The position numbers and the translations under genes are program-made. The notes beneath the pieces are model-generated. The model searched no databases and was not told where the DNA came from. It saw only the letters and a program-made list of their open reading frames with translations. A stretch of DNA of 64,000 nucleotides from a virus. Below are positions 30,391 to 38,958 of the stretch, in pieces (within the stretch, counting starts at the first letter, position 1; each line of letters starts with the position of its first letter). Where the stretch lies: IMG/VR virus record IMGVR_UViG_3300013126_000014, positions 1 to 64,000 of that record. One strand, given 5' to 3'.

Positions 30391-30798
30391 TTATCTAAGT
30401 TCAAACCAGTACAAGATAGAACCGGATCCATTACTTAATGCAGCTGAAGGTACATAATATGTACTGCCGTTTGGAACTATGACTTGAGTTGAACCAGTAG
30501 AATATGTAGATGCAGTTTGAGAGTTTCCGCTTGCAGCCATCACAATCCCATCAACATAAAATCTCATATTAAATCCAGCCGCAGACGATGAACCAACCGT
30601 CACGCTTACCATTATGGGTTTACCAGTTGAATTAGTATATGTTGTATTAAATGCCCTGCTTAATTTAACATCTTGCCAAGTTTGCCCAACTCCCAATTGA
30701 GAAAAATCAGATGCAGGTATGCCACCTAAATAGCTTGTATTATTTGCTGTTAGGTTAGTGGAATCTGAAACTGTGTTGTTAATCTGTGTTAATGCCAT
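30391..30798 (-). CDS. short tail fibre tip domain protein
   Basis: LGVGQTWQDV..SRAFNTTYTNSTGKPIMVSV, IVPNGSTY, WFELR; typical fibre C-terminal domain. Confidence 0.8.
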   Translation of the reverse strand: MALTQINNTVSDSTNLTANNTSYLGGIPASDFSQLGVGQTWQDVKLSRAFNTTYTNSTGKPIMVSVTVGSSSAAGFNMRFYVDGIVMAASGNSQTASTYSTGSTQVIVPNGSTYYVPSAALSNGSGSILYWFELR

Positions 30799-30822
30799 AG
30801 TTTATTCTCTGTTATAGTGTAT

Positions 30823-31227
30823 TTACTCTTTAGACAGTACTGTTTCTTGTTCTAAATGTTGTACTTTAGTCCAGTAATCAGCTGGTACCCCAGTGGCTAT
30901 AGTAGGATCGTGTTTTTCTGGGTCAAAAATTTCTTCTACAGGGTTCCCATCTAAATCTCTAATAGCAAAAACACAGTACCACATTGTGTTATCTTCTAAT
31001 GCTTTAAACTTATGTATATGTTCTTTCCTAATAACAATAAAGGTAGGTGCTGTAAATTGTTTAGGAGCATATCCTTCTATAGTGACTTCAACCTTTCCAG
31101 ATGCCAGTAAACTTACATGATCAAACTTATGATAATGCTCATCTATTTCGTCACCTATTTTTTCTAATAGATTTTGACGTACCCAGATGTTACCAAAATA
31201 TCCTAATTCGTGCGTAGCTAAACTCAT
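30823..31227 (-). CDS. cupin-fold protein
   Basis: H.HKFDHVSLLASGKVEV, FTAPTFIVI....H.FKALED. Confidence 0.7.
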   Translation of the reverse strand: MSLATHELGYFGNIWVRQNLLEKIGDEIDEHYHKFDHVSLLASGKVEVTIEGYAPKQFTAPTFIVIRKEHIHKFKALEDNTMWYCVFAIRDLDGNPVEEIFDPEKHDPTIATGVPADYWTKVQHLEQETVLSKE

Positions 31228-31520
31228 GGCAGGGTCTCCACTGGTGTAGGATTAGTCAATGGTTTAATTTTCCTATTAGCTTCAATAAGCAACGCCATCT
31301 CAGAAAAAGTTTTTGGTTTTTCTATTACCTCAGCGTCAATATTTTTCCACACTTCACTGCCGTCTTCATTTTGTTCTACCAACATATATGGTGTATTATG
31401 AAAAAATGGTAAAGCCATTTGAATCATATAACCCCAAAATAATTCAGTAGCATGTTCTTCTGTATCAACTAAAATACTTTCTCCATTTGTTGGATTATAA
31501 ACTGCATATTTTATTGTCAT
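31224..31520 (-). CDS. hypothetical protein
   Basis: 98 aa ORF coupled by ATGA overlaps on both sides. Confidence 0.7.
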   Translation of the reverse strand: MTIKYAVYNPTNGESILVDTEEHATELFWGYMIQMALPFFHNTPYMLVEQNEDGSEVWKNIDAEVIEKPKTFSEMALLIEANRKIKPLTNPTPVETLP

Positions 31521-32449
31521 GATATTGCTCCGTATCTAGTTCCTGTAGCTAACCAGGTAACTGTATTGCCATTTAAGTTCACTGCTTTACCACCAGCTCC
31601 GTTGTTAGCATACGCATAACTACCAGAACCACCAGCAGCGCCCCAACCACCGCCACCACCAGGGAAGTTTATCCAATATGTTCCACCAGCCAAAATGTAT
31701 CCTCCATTCTGTCCTGGATTATTTGCACTACCACCGGCTTTACCATTTGTATTATACCAACCCGGTGCTCCACCACCAGAACCTCCACCACGACCAAATT
31801 GAGTAGTATAGGAATTTCCTGTTCCGCCAGCACCGCCAACTCCAGGTAAAATACGTCCGCCACCGCCGCCACTATACCAATAATAACCAGCAAAGTGTTC
31901 CCAACTCACACCATCGCCGCCCGTTGAACCTGGTTCTCCACCAGTGCCGCTAGGTTCGTAACCAGTAACGTCGCCGCCCCGGCCGCCGCCGGCTCCGCCA
32001 CCGCCACTCATCCAAGCATTTGAAAGATGTTCCCCTAGAGCACCACCACCGCCACCGCCGGCGATGTAGCTATTATTGGTTATACTAACTGGGTAACTAA
32101 GACTTACAGCTGGACCCCCAGCTTCACCGCCTATACCTGTGCCGTCACCGCGATTGCCGCCACCTTTGCCACCCATACCTATAATATATCCATTATTGAT
32201 AATACTAACTGTATCTCCGCTAGCAAAACTAGTTACTGTAAGAGCTGGTGTAGCAGTTGATGTTGAGTAGACATATACTCCGCTGTTAATTACCAAGGTA
32301 ACGTCAGTGCTACCGGTGATGTATCCAGGTATTTGATTTGGGGTAAAAGAATAATTTGTGGTATTTGCGCTTAAGGTAACTGTGATACCACCAATTTTAC
32401 GTCTACTGCTATGAGCACCAGCAGCCATCATTGCGGTAACGCCGGTCAT
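31517..32449 (-). CDS. glycine-rich receptor-binding adhesin (T2/S16 gp38-like)
   Basis: VTLVINSGV, IINNGYIIGMGGKGG, N.SYIAGGGGGG, polyglycine runs alternating with aromatic-rich loops, G.RYGAI end. Confidence 0.8.
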   Translation of the reverse strand: MTGVTAMMAAGAHSSRRKIGGITVTLSANTTNYSFTPNQIPGYITGSTDVTLVINSGVYVYSTSTATPALTVTSFASGDTVSIINNGYIIGMGGKGGGNRGDGTGIGGEAGGPAVSLSYPVSITNNSYIAGGGGGGALGEHLSNAWMSGGGGAGGGRGGDVTGYEPSGTGGEPGSTGGDGVSWEHFAGYYWYSGGGGGRILPGVGGAGGTGNSYTTQFGRGGGSGGGAPGWYNTNGKAGGSANNPGQNGGYILAGGTYWINFPGGGGGWGAAGGSGSYAYANNGAGGKAVNLNGNTVTWLATGTRYGAIS

Positions 32450-35400
32450 TATACTACCCCTGTACCGTTAATGAACCACTCGTTTGTAGCTGTTTTAATT
32501 AAGGTGGCCATCCCGTAGGCTGTGATAGTTCTATTGCTGGCGGTAACATTACCTGCTAGGTACATAGACACTTCTGCTTGAGTATTTGCTGTGATATTTC
32601 CTGTAGTTTTGTTTACAATAACAATAGTAGTTCCTACTGGAAACGCTACGTTAGCATTACTTGGTACTTGATACCAATATGTACCTGCTGAGCTAAGATA
32701 AAAATGTTTACCGCTGTCTGTTAATGCTAGGGTAACATTAGAAGTTGTTAACTGTGGTAATTCTTTAAAGCCAATACTTACACCATCTATACTTGGTGTA
32801 CCAGTAAATACCGGACTAGCCAGGGGTGCTTTGTTGTTTTCTAAATTCTCTATCGCTGACTGAACTGTTAATCCTACAGCGTTAACATTACCTACGTTAC
32901 TTGCGTAGGTTAAATTGGCATAGTTATTGAATGAACTAAATGCATCGATTTCTGTGAACACTGTGTCGCCTGTGGTTACATTAGCACTCAATGTGTAACT
33001 TACATTACTTGTTTCTGTGTAGGCACTCGGAAACTGTCTAACACCGTTGACAAAAACACGTAGTTGTCCTGTACCAGGTGTATATTCAATACCGTCTAAG
33101 GTAATAACTGTAGTATTACCAGATATAACATTTGCCTGGCGCAAAGTAGTTAACTCTTGGCCTACTGTTGCTCCACCGCCACCGCTTTCGCTAGCCCAGT
33201 AATATGTTCCAGGGCCTGACGTTTTTAATACATAACCACTCTGTTCACCGCTAGGTAATAGGTTATTAAGTGCATCTGCATTTGTAGTGGCTCCAGTACC
33301 ACCTTCTGTAATTTCAAGAGGGTTTTGTATTTTAACATAACCAGAAAATACTGGACTAGCTAGAGGTGCTTTAGTTGTTTCTAATGTATCGATCGCCGAC
33401 TGAACTGTTAAGCCGCTAGCTGAAATATTACCAATATTACTTGCATAGGTCAAGTTGGCATAATTGTTAAAAGAACTAAATGCGTCAATTTCAGCAAATA
33501 CTGCTGTACCTTCATTGACGCCTTGACTCAACGTATAACTTGTGCTATCGGTTTCTGTGTAAGCATCCGGATGTTGGCGCACACCATTTATATAAACTCT
33601 TAATTGTCCGGTTCCCGGTGTGTAACTAATATCTGCTAACCCAAATACTGTTTGTCCTGCAGTAGCAGTGTTAGATTGACGTAAAGTAGTTAGCTGTTGC
33701 CCAACAGTGGCTCCACCGCCGCCACTACCTGCTGCCCAATAATACGTACCTGCGCCACCTGTAGTTAGTACATAGCCGGTTTGCTCACCGCTAGGTAATA
33801 GGTTATTAAGTGCATCTGCATTTGTAGTGGCTCCAGTACCGCCTTGGTTTATTTCCAATGTTCCAGTTAAATTAGTTACGGCAAGATTTCCGTTTAATAT
33901 TCCAGTGGTTGTAATGTTACCATCGATGACTAATCCAGTTGCGCTAAATGATGCTACATTGGTTCCTGCGATAGCAACATTTATATGGTTACTTGATACC
34001 TTAACATTGTTCCCATTGTCAAATAATATTGACGGGTCTACGTCACTGCTTAAACTTATCGGACTGCCGCCACTAGGGGTAAAATTTAGCTCTCCGTTGA
34101 TTGCGCTAATAGTTGCGCCACCAAGATTAATAGTGTTACCACTTAGATACAGATCTCTCCACCTTAACGAATCACTACCGATGTCATATATGACGTTTGC
34201 GCTCGGCAGTAGATTTCCTGTTATGTTAACATTGGCTAGATCTAATCCAACATAAGTTGCACCGTAGGCTAAAGATGCTACGGTAACTGTACTTGATCCT
34301 ATGTGGCGAACTTCAATTACATCTGTCGCAGACGGAATTTCTGTAAATGCGATTTGGTTGCCAACAACACTATATGCTGTCAACGGTTGTTGCATAGTAC
34401 CATTGATACTTACCAACACACCATCAGTCGTTGCATTAGATGTTAGTGTAAAGACGTTACTTGATCCGTCTGGAGAAATGATCTCAGATGTTACTGTAGC
34501 TGCACCTGGGACTACCCAGGTATTTCCATCATATACTTCAATTACATTACTGTCTGTGTTAAATCGGAAGTATCCGGGTTCTGCTATAGTTGGGCGAGAT
34601 GCTACATTACCTGCCGGGATGCCTAGTGCATCCGATCCTGCAATTTGAACTATTCCTGCATTCTGAGCATCTATTACAATATTGCCATCTGAGGATATAG
34701 TTCTATCAGCGATAGTTAAATTTCCAATGACAACTGACGTATTAAAACTTGTTGTTGAACCAGTGATGTTAGCAACAATATTACCGTCAACGGTTATGTC
34801 AATTTGCCCCAAAGATCCAGTATCTACTATCTCAATCTTGCTGTCGCCTGCTGTCAAAACATTAGCTGCTGATGTTAACTGTGTAGTTAGGTAGCTAAGA
34901 GTTACAACGTCTTGATTACTTACAGGGTCTGCAACATCAGAGATAACACTATTATTAGCAAGTATATACCCCGAATCAGGTGCTATTGTTATGTTACCTA
35001 CCGTTGAAATTGTAGTATCCATTACGCTAACATTGCCAATTTGGGTTAAGGCTACGTTGCTAATATTAATAATACGCCCTTTACTGTCTACAGTAATTTT
35101 TGGCACTCGATCAACATATTCGTCGTCGGCAGCACCATATATACCTGCAACCACCCCAGTATCTGCTAGCGTAATTGCTATATTAGCATATGTTCCACTA
35201 CCGGTGGCATCACCGGTTACTACTAAATTAGTGTTCGAAGTTAGTACTCGATACCCGCCATCGTAAATTTCATCGGCGTATATAACACCACCAGTGGTGT
35301 TACCGGTGATAGTTATATTTCCGCCAATGGTAATACTATCTACAGTGATATTACCAAGATTGCTGATATACGGTTGATCAGTAGTTTGAATGGTCCCGTA

Positions 35401-35979
35401 CACGTCAGTTGATTCGATTACATCGGTAACCACTGCACTAGCAGATACGTTACCTAAAGTTGTTAGACTATCTACTTGGATATTTGCCAAATTAGCAATA
35501 TAAGGCTGATCTGCAGTTACAATAGTTGCCGATACTGTATTTGCTATAATATCATCAACAGTTAAATTTCCTGTGATTCCTATCGTGCCGCTAGTGGTAA
35601 TGTTTCCTGCTACAATATTACCAAGAACAGTTAAAGAAGTTAAATCACCAACCGAGGTGATATTTGGCTGTGCTGTAGTTTGTAAAGTACCGTATAAGTA
35701 AGAACTCTGCAGAGTGTTTGCATATACTGTTCTATACCAATTAGTAGTATCACCTATATCAGAACTAACATTTGCCCAGGAAAGTACGCTGCCATTGGCA
35801 ACTAATACATTGCCGTTTACTTCTAATGATTGATTTGGAGTATTTGTGTTGATACCAAACCGGAAATTAGCAAAGTCCATATAGACCAATGCATTTCCCA
35901 AAGTGGTGAATTGGAGATCTACGCCTTCACGATCAAGGTTTGAAACTAACGATGCTCCAAGGATACGACTAATTGCCAT
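32449..35979 (-). CDS. tail fibre protein with internal duplication
   Basis: 1176 aa; QPNITSVG.L, G.FRFNTD...EVYDG..W, two ~180 aa repeats; coupled to the adhesin gene. Confidence 0.85.
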   Translation of the reverse strand: MAISRILGASLVSNLDREGVDLQFTTLGNALVYMDFANFRFGINTNTPNQSLEVNGNVLVANGSVLSWANVSSDIGDTTNWYRTVYANTLQSSYLYGTLQTTAQPNITSVGDLTSLTVLGNIVAGNITTSGTIGITGNLTVDDIIANTVSATIVTADQPYIANLANIQVDSLTTLGNVSASAVVTDVIESTDVYGTIQTTDQPYISNLGNITVDSITIGGNITITGNTTGGVIYADEIYDGGYRVLTSNTNLVVTGDATGSGTYANIAITLADTGVVAGIYGAADDEYVDRVPKITVDSKGRIINISNVALTQIGNVSVMDTTISTVGNITIAPDSGYILANNSVISDVADPVSNQDVVTLSYLTTQLTSAANVLTAGDSKIEIVDTGSLGQIDITVDGNIVANITGSTTSFNTSVVIGNLTIADRTISSDGNIVIDAQNAGIVQIAGSDALGIPAGNVASRPTIAEPGYFRFNTDSNVIEVYDGNTWVVPGAATVTSEIISPDGSSNVFTLTSNATTDGVLVSINGTMQQPLTAYSVVGNQIAFTEIPSATDVIEVRHIGSSTVTVASLAYGATYVGLDLANVNITGNLLPSANVIYDIGSDSLRWRDLYLSGNTINLGGATISAINGELNFTPSGGSPISLSSDVDPSILFDNGNNVKVSSNHINVAIAGTNVASFSATGLVIDGNITTTGILNGNLAVTNLTGTLEINQGGTGATTNADALNNLLPSGEQTGYVLTTGGAGTYYWAAGSGGGGATVGQQLTTLRQSNTATAGQTVFGLADISYTPGTGQLRVYINGVRQHPDAYTETDSTSYTLSQGVNEGTAVFAEIDAFSSFNNYANLTYASNIGNISASGLTVQSAIDTLETTKAPLASPVFSGYVKIQNPLEITEGGTGATTNADALNNLLPSGEQSGYVLKTSGPGTYYWASESGGGGATVGQELTTLRQANVISGNTTVITLDGIEYTPGTGQLRVFVNGVRQFPSAYTETSNVSYTLSANVTTGDTVFTEIDAFSSFNNYANLTYASNVGNVNAVGLTVQSAIENLENNKAPLASPVFTGTPSIDGVSIGFKELPQLTTSNVTLALTDSGKHFYLSSAGTYWYQVPSNANVAFPVGTTIVIVNKTTGNITANTQAEVSMYLAGNVTASNRTITAYGMATLIKTATNEWFINGTGVV
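32800..33843. repeat. 540-bp tandem duplication inside the fibre gene
   Basis: TCACCGCTAGGTAATAGGTTATTAAGTGCATCTGCATTTGTAGTGGCTCCAGTACC is identical near 33245 and 33785; protein repeat GGTGATTNADALNNLLPSGEQ...KAPLASPVF. Boundaries approximate. Confidence 0.88.
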
Positions 35980-36015
35980 CTAAAAACTCCTATTGTAGTA
36001 TTTAGCTGGATTAAA

Positions 36016-36438
36016 TTAAGCTGCCGAAGTGCTTGGATAATTATGTAATATATAAATTGGCGCAGAAGATGTTGGCGTACTAGTAAATCTAATACTAGTA
36101 TTCCCAAAAAACTCAAAGCCAACACCTGGGTTTTGTATAACGTTGTTAACTACTGCAATGACCTGTGCTTCATCACCGGCGCCATAACTATACGTCATTG
36201 GACCAAACATTTGATTTGTGTTGTCGCCAGTAAAACTATCTTTAACAATAGTAACATTGCCTTTATGCGCTACTTGTTTCCAATTTGATCCGTTATAAAA
36301 TTCTAAGGCTGTTGTAGTGGTATTCCATCGAGTTTGTCCAACAACTGGACTATCAGGACCCACAGAGCTCGACCCCACCGGAACTCCTAATGCATAACTG
36401 CCTGTTTTAAATTCAGTATTCTTAAGCATTCGGCCCAT
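36016..36438 (-). CDS. small fibre/baseplate-associated structural protein
   Basis: GQTRWNTTT.ALEFYNGSNW and FTGD..VV.NVIQNP modules shared with the large fibres. Confidence 0.75.
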   Translation of the reverse strand: MGRMLKNTEFKTGSYALGVPVGSSSVGPDSPVVGQTRWNTTTTALEFYNGSNWKQVAHKGNVTIVKDSFTGDNTNQMFGPMTYSYGAGDEAQVIAVVNNVIQNPGVGFEFFGNTSIRFTSTPTSSAPIYILHNYPSTSAA

Positions 36439-36439
36439 G

Positions 36440-36742
36440 TTAAATTCCTACGTAGCTCACTGTTGCTGTGATGTTTCCTGTTGCGTTAGCCTGAAGAGTT
36501 TCTTCGTTAGCTAACACAATTTTTTCCATGTCAACTACAAAGGTATCACTACCTGCAATTTTAACATTTTTATATATTTGATTTGTTGCGCCCGCAGTTC
36601 CACCTGCTTGCACTGCCCATAAATTTAAATCAACCGCAGTACCATCTGTATTACAAAAATATATAACACTAACTACCGAATTACCAGAGCTAGCATATAC
36701 ATTAGAGATTGTAGATGTAAGAGAAGTGTTAAGTAATGCCAT
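36440..36742 (-). CDS. small beta-rich structural protein
   Basis: 100 aa in the fibre operon. Confidence 0.7.
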   Translation of the reverse strand: MALLNTSLTSTISNVYASSGNSVVSVIYFCNTDGTAVDLNLWAVQAGGTAGATNQIYKNVKIAGSDTFVVDMEKIVLANEETLQANATGNITATVSYVGI

Positions 36743-36750
36743 ACTTATTC

Positions 36751-37359
36751 CTATAATATTAATGAAAACCCAAATGATCGAGTTTTTGTAACTAATTCTT
36801 GATTGGCTGCTAGGCCGTTTACAACATAAACTCCGCTAGTGCCAGCGGCTGGGCTGCTTGCATATACTACTGTAGCGTTTGCAACCGCAGTTGGAATCGC
36901 CGGAGTTTCATTCAATTGTATATTGCCATCAAATTTTACATTACCAACATTTGAATATATAGTATACTGATTGGTATTTAAATTTGCGCCTAATGTAGGG
37001 TTCGCATCGTCTATTAGAGCAATAGTACCAGTACTCGATGTTAGTAAATTTCCAAATGTTGTACCATCTGTGGTTACTTGCCACAAGTCTAATTCTTCAT
37101 TCCAAATAAATGAAACTGCTGCAAGATTTCCTCTATCTATTGCAATGCCTGCAAATCCTAAAGTAACACCCGAACCGGTTTCGCCCACATTTAATCTGAG
37201 TAGATTGTCTTCAATCTCAGTATTAGTAGTTGATATAGTTGTAGTTGCACCTTGTACTACAAGATTACCTGTGACAAAAACTTCGCTACTGTCAAGCGTA
37301 ATATCATTACTTGCAGCCTGTATAGTGTAATTAGAATTTAGTCGTTTAACTATTGCCAT
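36751..37359 (-). CDS. fibre-related structural protein
   Basis: VTGNLVVQG.TTT..T.N..IEDN...LN..GI.IDRG....F.WNE module also found in the 1594 aa fibre; ends in TAG. Confidence 0.75.
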   Translation of the reverse strand: MAIVKRLNSNYTIQAASNDITLDSSEVFVTGNLVVQGATTTISTTNTEIEDNLLRLNVGETGSGVTLGFAGIAIDRGNLAAVSFIWNEELDLWQVTTDGTTFGNLLTSSTGTIALIDDANPTLGANLNTNQYTIYSNVGNVKFDGNIQLNETPAIPTAVANATVVYASSPAAGTSGVYVVNGLAANQELVTKTRSFGFSLIL

Positions 37360-37401
37360 TATTTGATCCAGTTTACATTATTTATCATCAACGCTACAGA
37401 T

Positions 37402-37431
37402 AAAAAAATAGCACCCGCAGGTGCTATTTTT
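37402..37431. terminator. rho-independent terminator (bidirectional form)
   Basis: AAAAAAATAGCACC-CGCA-GGTGCTATTTTT. Confidence 0.88.
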
Positions 37432-37442
37432 ATGAGAGTAAA

Positions 37443-38099
37443 TTAGTTGTTACTAATAACTACACTTACATCTTCTTCAGCAGTATCTAATGTCCAAACA
37501 ACGTGTTGGTCTTCAACGAATTGAGTACCCGTTGCAGGCAATAGGCATGCTGTACGGCTTTCTAGTTTCTTAACATAGTAAGTACCGCCATCACTATCTG
37601 TTGCTGTCATACGGCACTCACCTGCTGCGGGCGAACTAGTTACTAATTTAACTTTACCTGTGCCTTGTGCATTTTGAACTTTGTAACGACGTGCACCTAC
37701 TTGTTTAACAATATCACTAGCTACTGCACTTGAACCACCGTCATCAGCTGACAAGTATGCTGAAACTGTAATAGCGTCTTGTACGCTTGATGTTAGTGTA
37801 ATGTTTGCCACGATAGCCGGACTTGCGTTGGCACCAGTAACTGTCGCTGTAGGTGCAGACGTATAGCCAGAACCCGCAGATGTAATTACTACTGCTGTTA
37901 CATTACCACTACCATCTAATGTTAATGTACCCGTTGCTGTTGAACCACCTGTAATTTGTGGTGCAGTAAATGTAACAGCAGCATTAGCTGAATAGTACCC
38001 TTCACCCGCAACGTAAACGTTAGCAGTTGATACACCTTCACCGCCTACACCGTCGGTGTTACGATTACCAAAATAAACTGATTTAATTGGACGTCCCAT
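37443..38099 (-). CDS. probable abundant virion structural/decoration protein
   Basis: 218 aa; strong RBS AAGGAG, own late box and terminator; V.ITSAGSGYTSAPT.T repeat motif. Confidence 0.65.
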   Translation of the reverse strand: MGRPIKSVYFGNRNTDGVGGEGVSTANVYVAGEGYYSANAAVTFTAPQITGGSTATGTLTLDGSGNVTAVVITSAGSGYTSAPTATVTGANASPAIVANITLTSSVQDAITVSAYLSADDGGSSAVASDIVKQVGARRYKVQNAQGTGKVKLVTSSPAAGECRMTATDSDGGTYYVKKLESRTACLLPATGTQFVEDQHVVWTLDTAEEDVSVVISNN

Positions 38100-38124
38100 T
38101 TGTTTTCTCCTTATATAATTGTTC

Positions 38125-38170
38125 TACAATCTACGCGGTGGGTGCCGCATAAACCCTTGCGGGCATTGTA
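38125..38170 (-). promoter_or_regulatory. three-way-junction RNA leader
   Basis: TACAAT/ATTGTA closing stem enclosing CCC-GCAA-GGG and TATGCGG-CACCCA-CCGCGTA hairpins. Confidence 0.55.
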
Positions 38171-38183
38171 TATACATGTTTAT

Positions 38184-38675
38184 TTATCTTAATTTGTTAG
38201 GTTTACCTTTATGTGTTTCTGCATGTCTTTTGTACCACAAGGCTGATTTTGGTTTACACATACTGTCAAACGTTTTTCCTTTTAACTTTTTTCTAATTTT
38301 TTCTTTAGTTTCTTCGCTTGTGGTTCTACCTTTACGTGCTTGTGCAATTTTTTGTCTTGTTTCGGCAGAGCGTGTTATCCCTGCTACTCCTCCGCTATTA
38401 ATTCCATTTTCAATTACTAAATTTGTCCATTCTGCAGATTCTACTATATTGTATTCTTTTGAAAATTTAATAGCATATTCAGATAGTAGTTTCTCATCTT
38501 CAAATACTTGAAACCACTCAGTGGTAACATCATTACCGTGTTGTTTTAAATGGTTAAGCCAATATCGACCAGAACCTTTATATTTTAAAGGATCGCGTAT
38601 TGTTTTACCAAAGTATTTTAGCCCTGTTATATTATGTTTTTTAATGTACAGATATGTAGGTTTATAAATAGACAT
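38184..38675 (-). CDS. free-standing GIY-YIG (Seg-like) homing endonuclease with NUMOD3-like tail
   Basis: YLYIKKH..TGLKYFGKT, YKGSG.YW, W.NL..ENG..GG, S.ETRQKI repeats. Confidence 0.85.
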   Translation of the reverse strand: MSIYKPTYLYIKKHNITGLKYFGKTIRDPLKYKGSGRYWLNHLKQHGNDVTTEWFQVFEDEKLLSEYAIKFSKEYNIVESAEWTNLVIENGINSGGVAGITRSAETRQKIAQARKGRTTSEETKEKIRKKLKGKTFDSMCKPKSALWYKRHAETHKGKPNKLR

Positions 38676-38751
38676 GCTGACATAGTTCCTTTATGTTAGA
38701 GTAGTTGGATGTTGACGCATCGCGAACTACACTTATATTTATCAAAAATCA

Positions 38752-38780
38752 TTGACAATGTATATATAATGCTGTATATT
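38752..38780 (+). promoter_or_regulatory. sigma70-type promoter directly upstream of the tRNA pair
   Basis: TTGACA (38752-38757)-N17-TATATT (38775-38780); tRNA begins 9 nt later. Confidence 0.75.
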
Positions 38781-38788
38781 ATAATCAT

Positions 38789-38862
38789 GCGCTTATAGTT
38801 TAATGGCAAAACAAGAGGCTCTAACCCTCTACTTCTGAGTTCAATCCTCAGTAAGCGCACCA
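38789..38862 (+). tRNA. amber suppressor tRNA, anticodon CUA
   Basis: Acceptor GCGCTTA/TAAGCGC, discriminator A, encoded CCA; D arm GTTT-AATGGCA-AAAC; anticodon arm AGAGG-CTCTAAC-CCTCT (CTA at 38821-38823); T arm CTGAG-TTCAATC-CTCAG. Confidence 0.92.
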
Positions 38863-38865
38863 AGT

Positions 38866-38941
38866 GAGCGTGTAGCAGAGTGTCACATGCGTTAGGCCGC
38901 AAGCCTAAAGAGGAAGGGTTAAAATCCATCTGCGCTCTCCA
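38866..38941 (+). tRNA. degenerate tRNA-Cys(GCA)-like gene
   Basis: Acceptor GAGCGTG/TGCGCTC with U73 and CCA; anticodon arm TTAGG-CCGCAAG-CCTAA; but C33, no GG in the D loop, TTAAAAT T loop and a mismatched T stem. Confidence 0.55.
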
Positions 38942-38958
38942 CTTACAAAGAGATTAAC

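Noticed and set aside
31517-32449. Diversity-generating retroelement target in the adhesin or fibre tips
   Set aside because: No reverse transcriptase and no template/variable repeat pair differing at adenines seen in this window.
38696-38929. 77 aa minus-strand ORF in the track
   Set aside because: It is the antisense of the two tRNA genes and their promoter.
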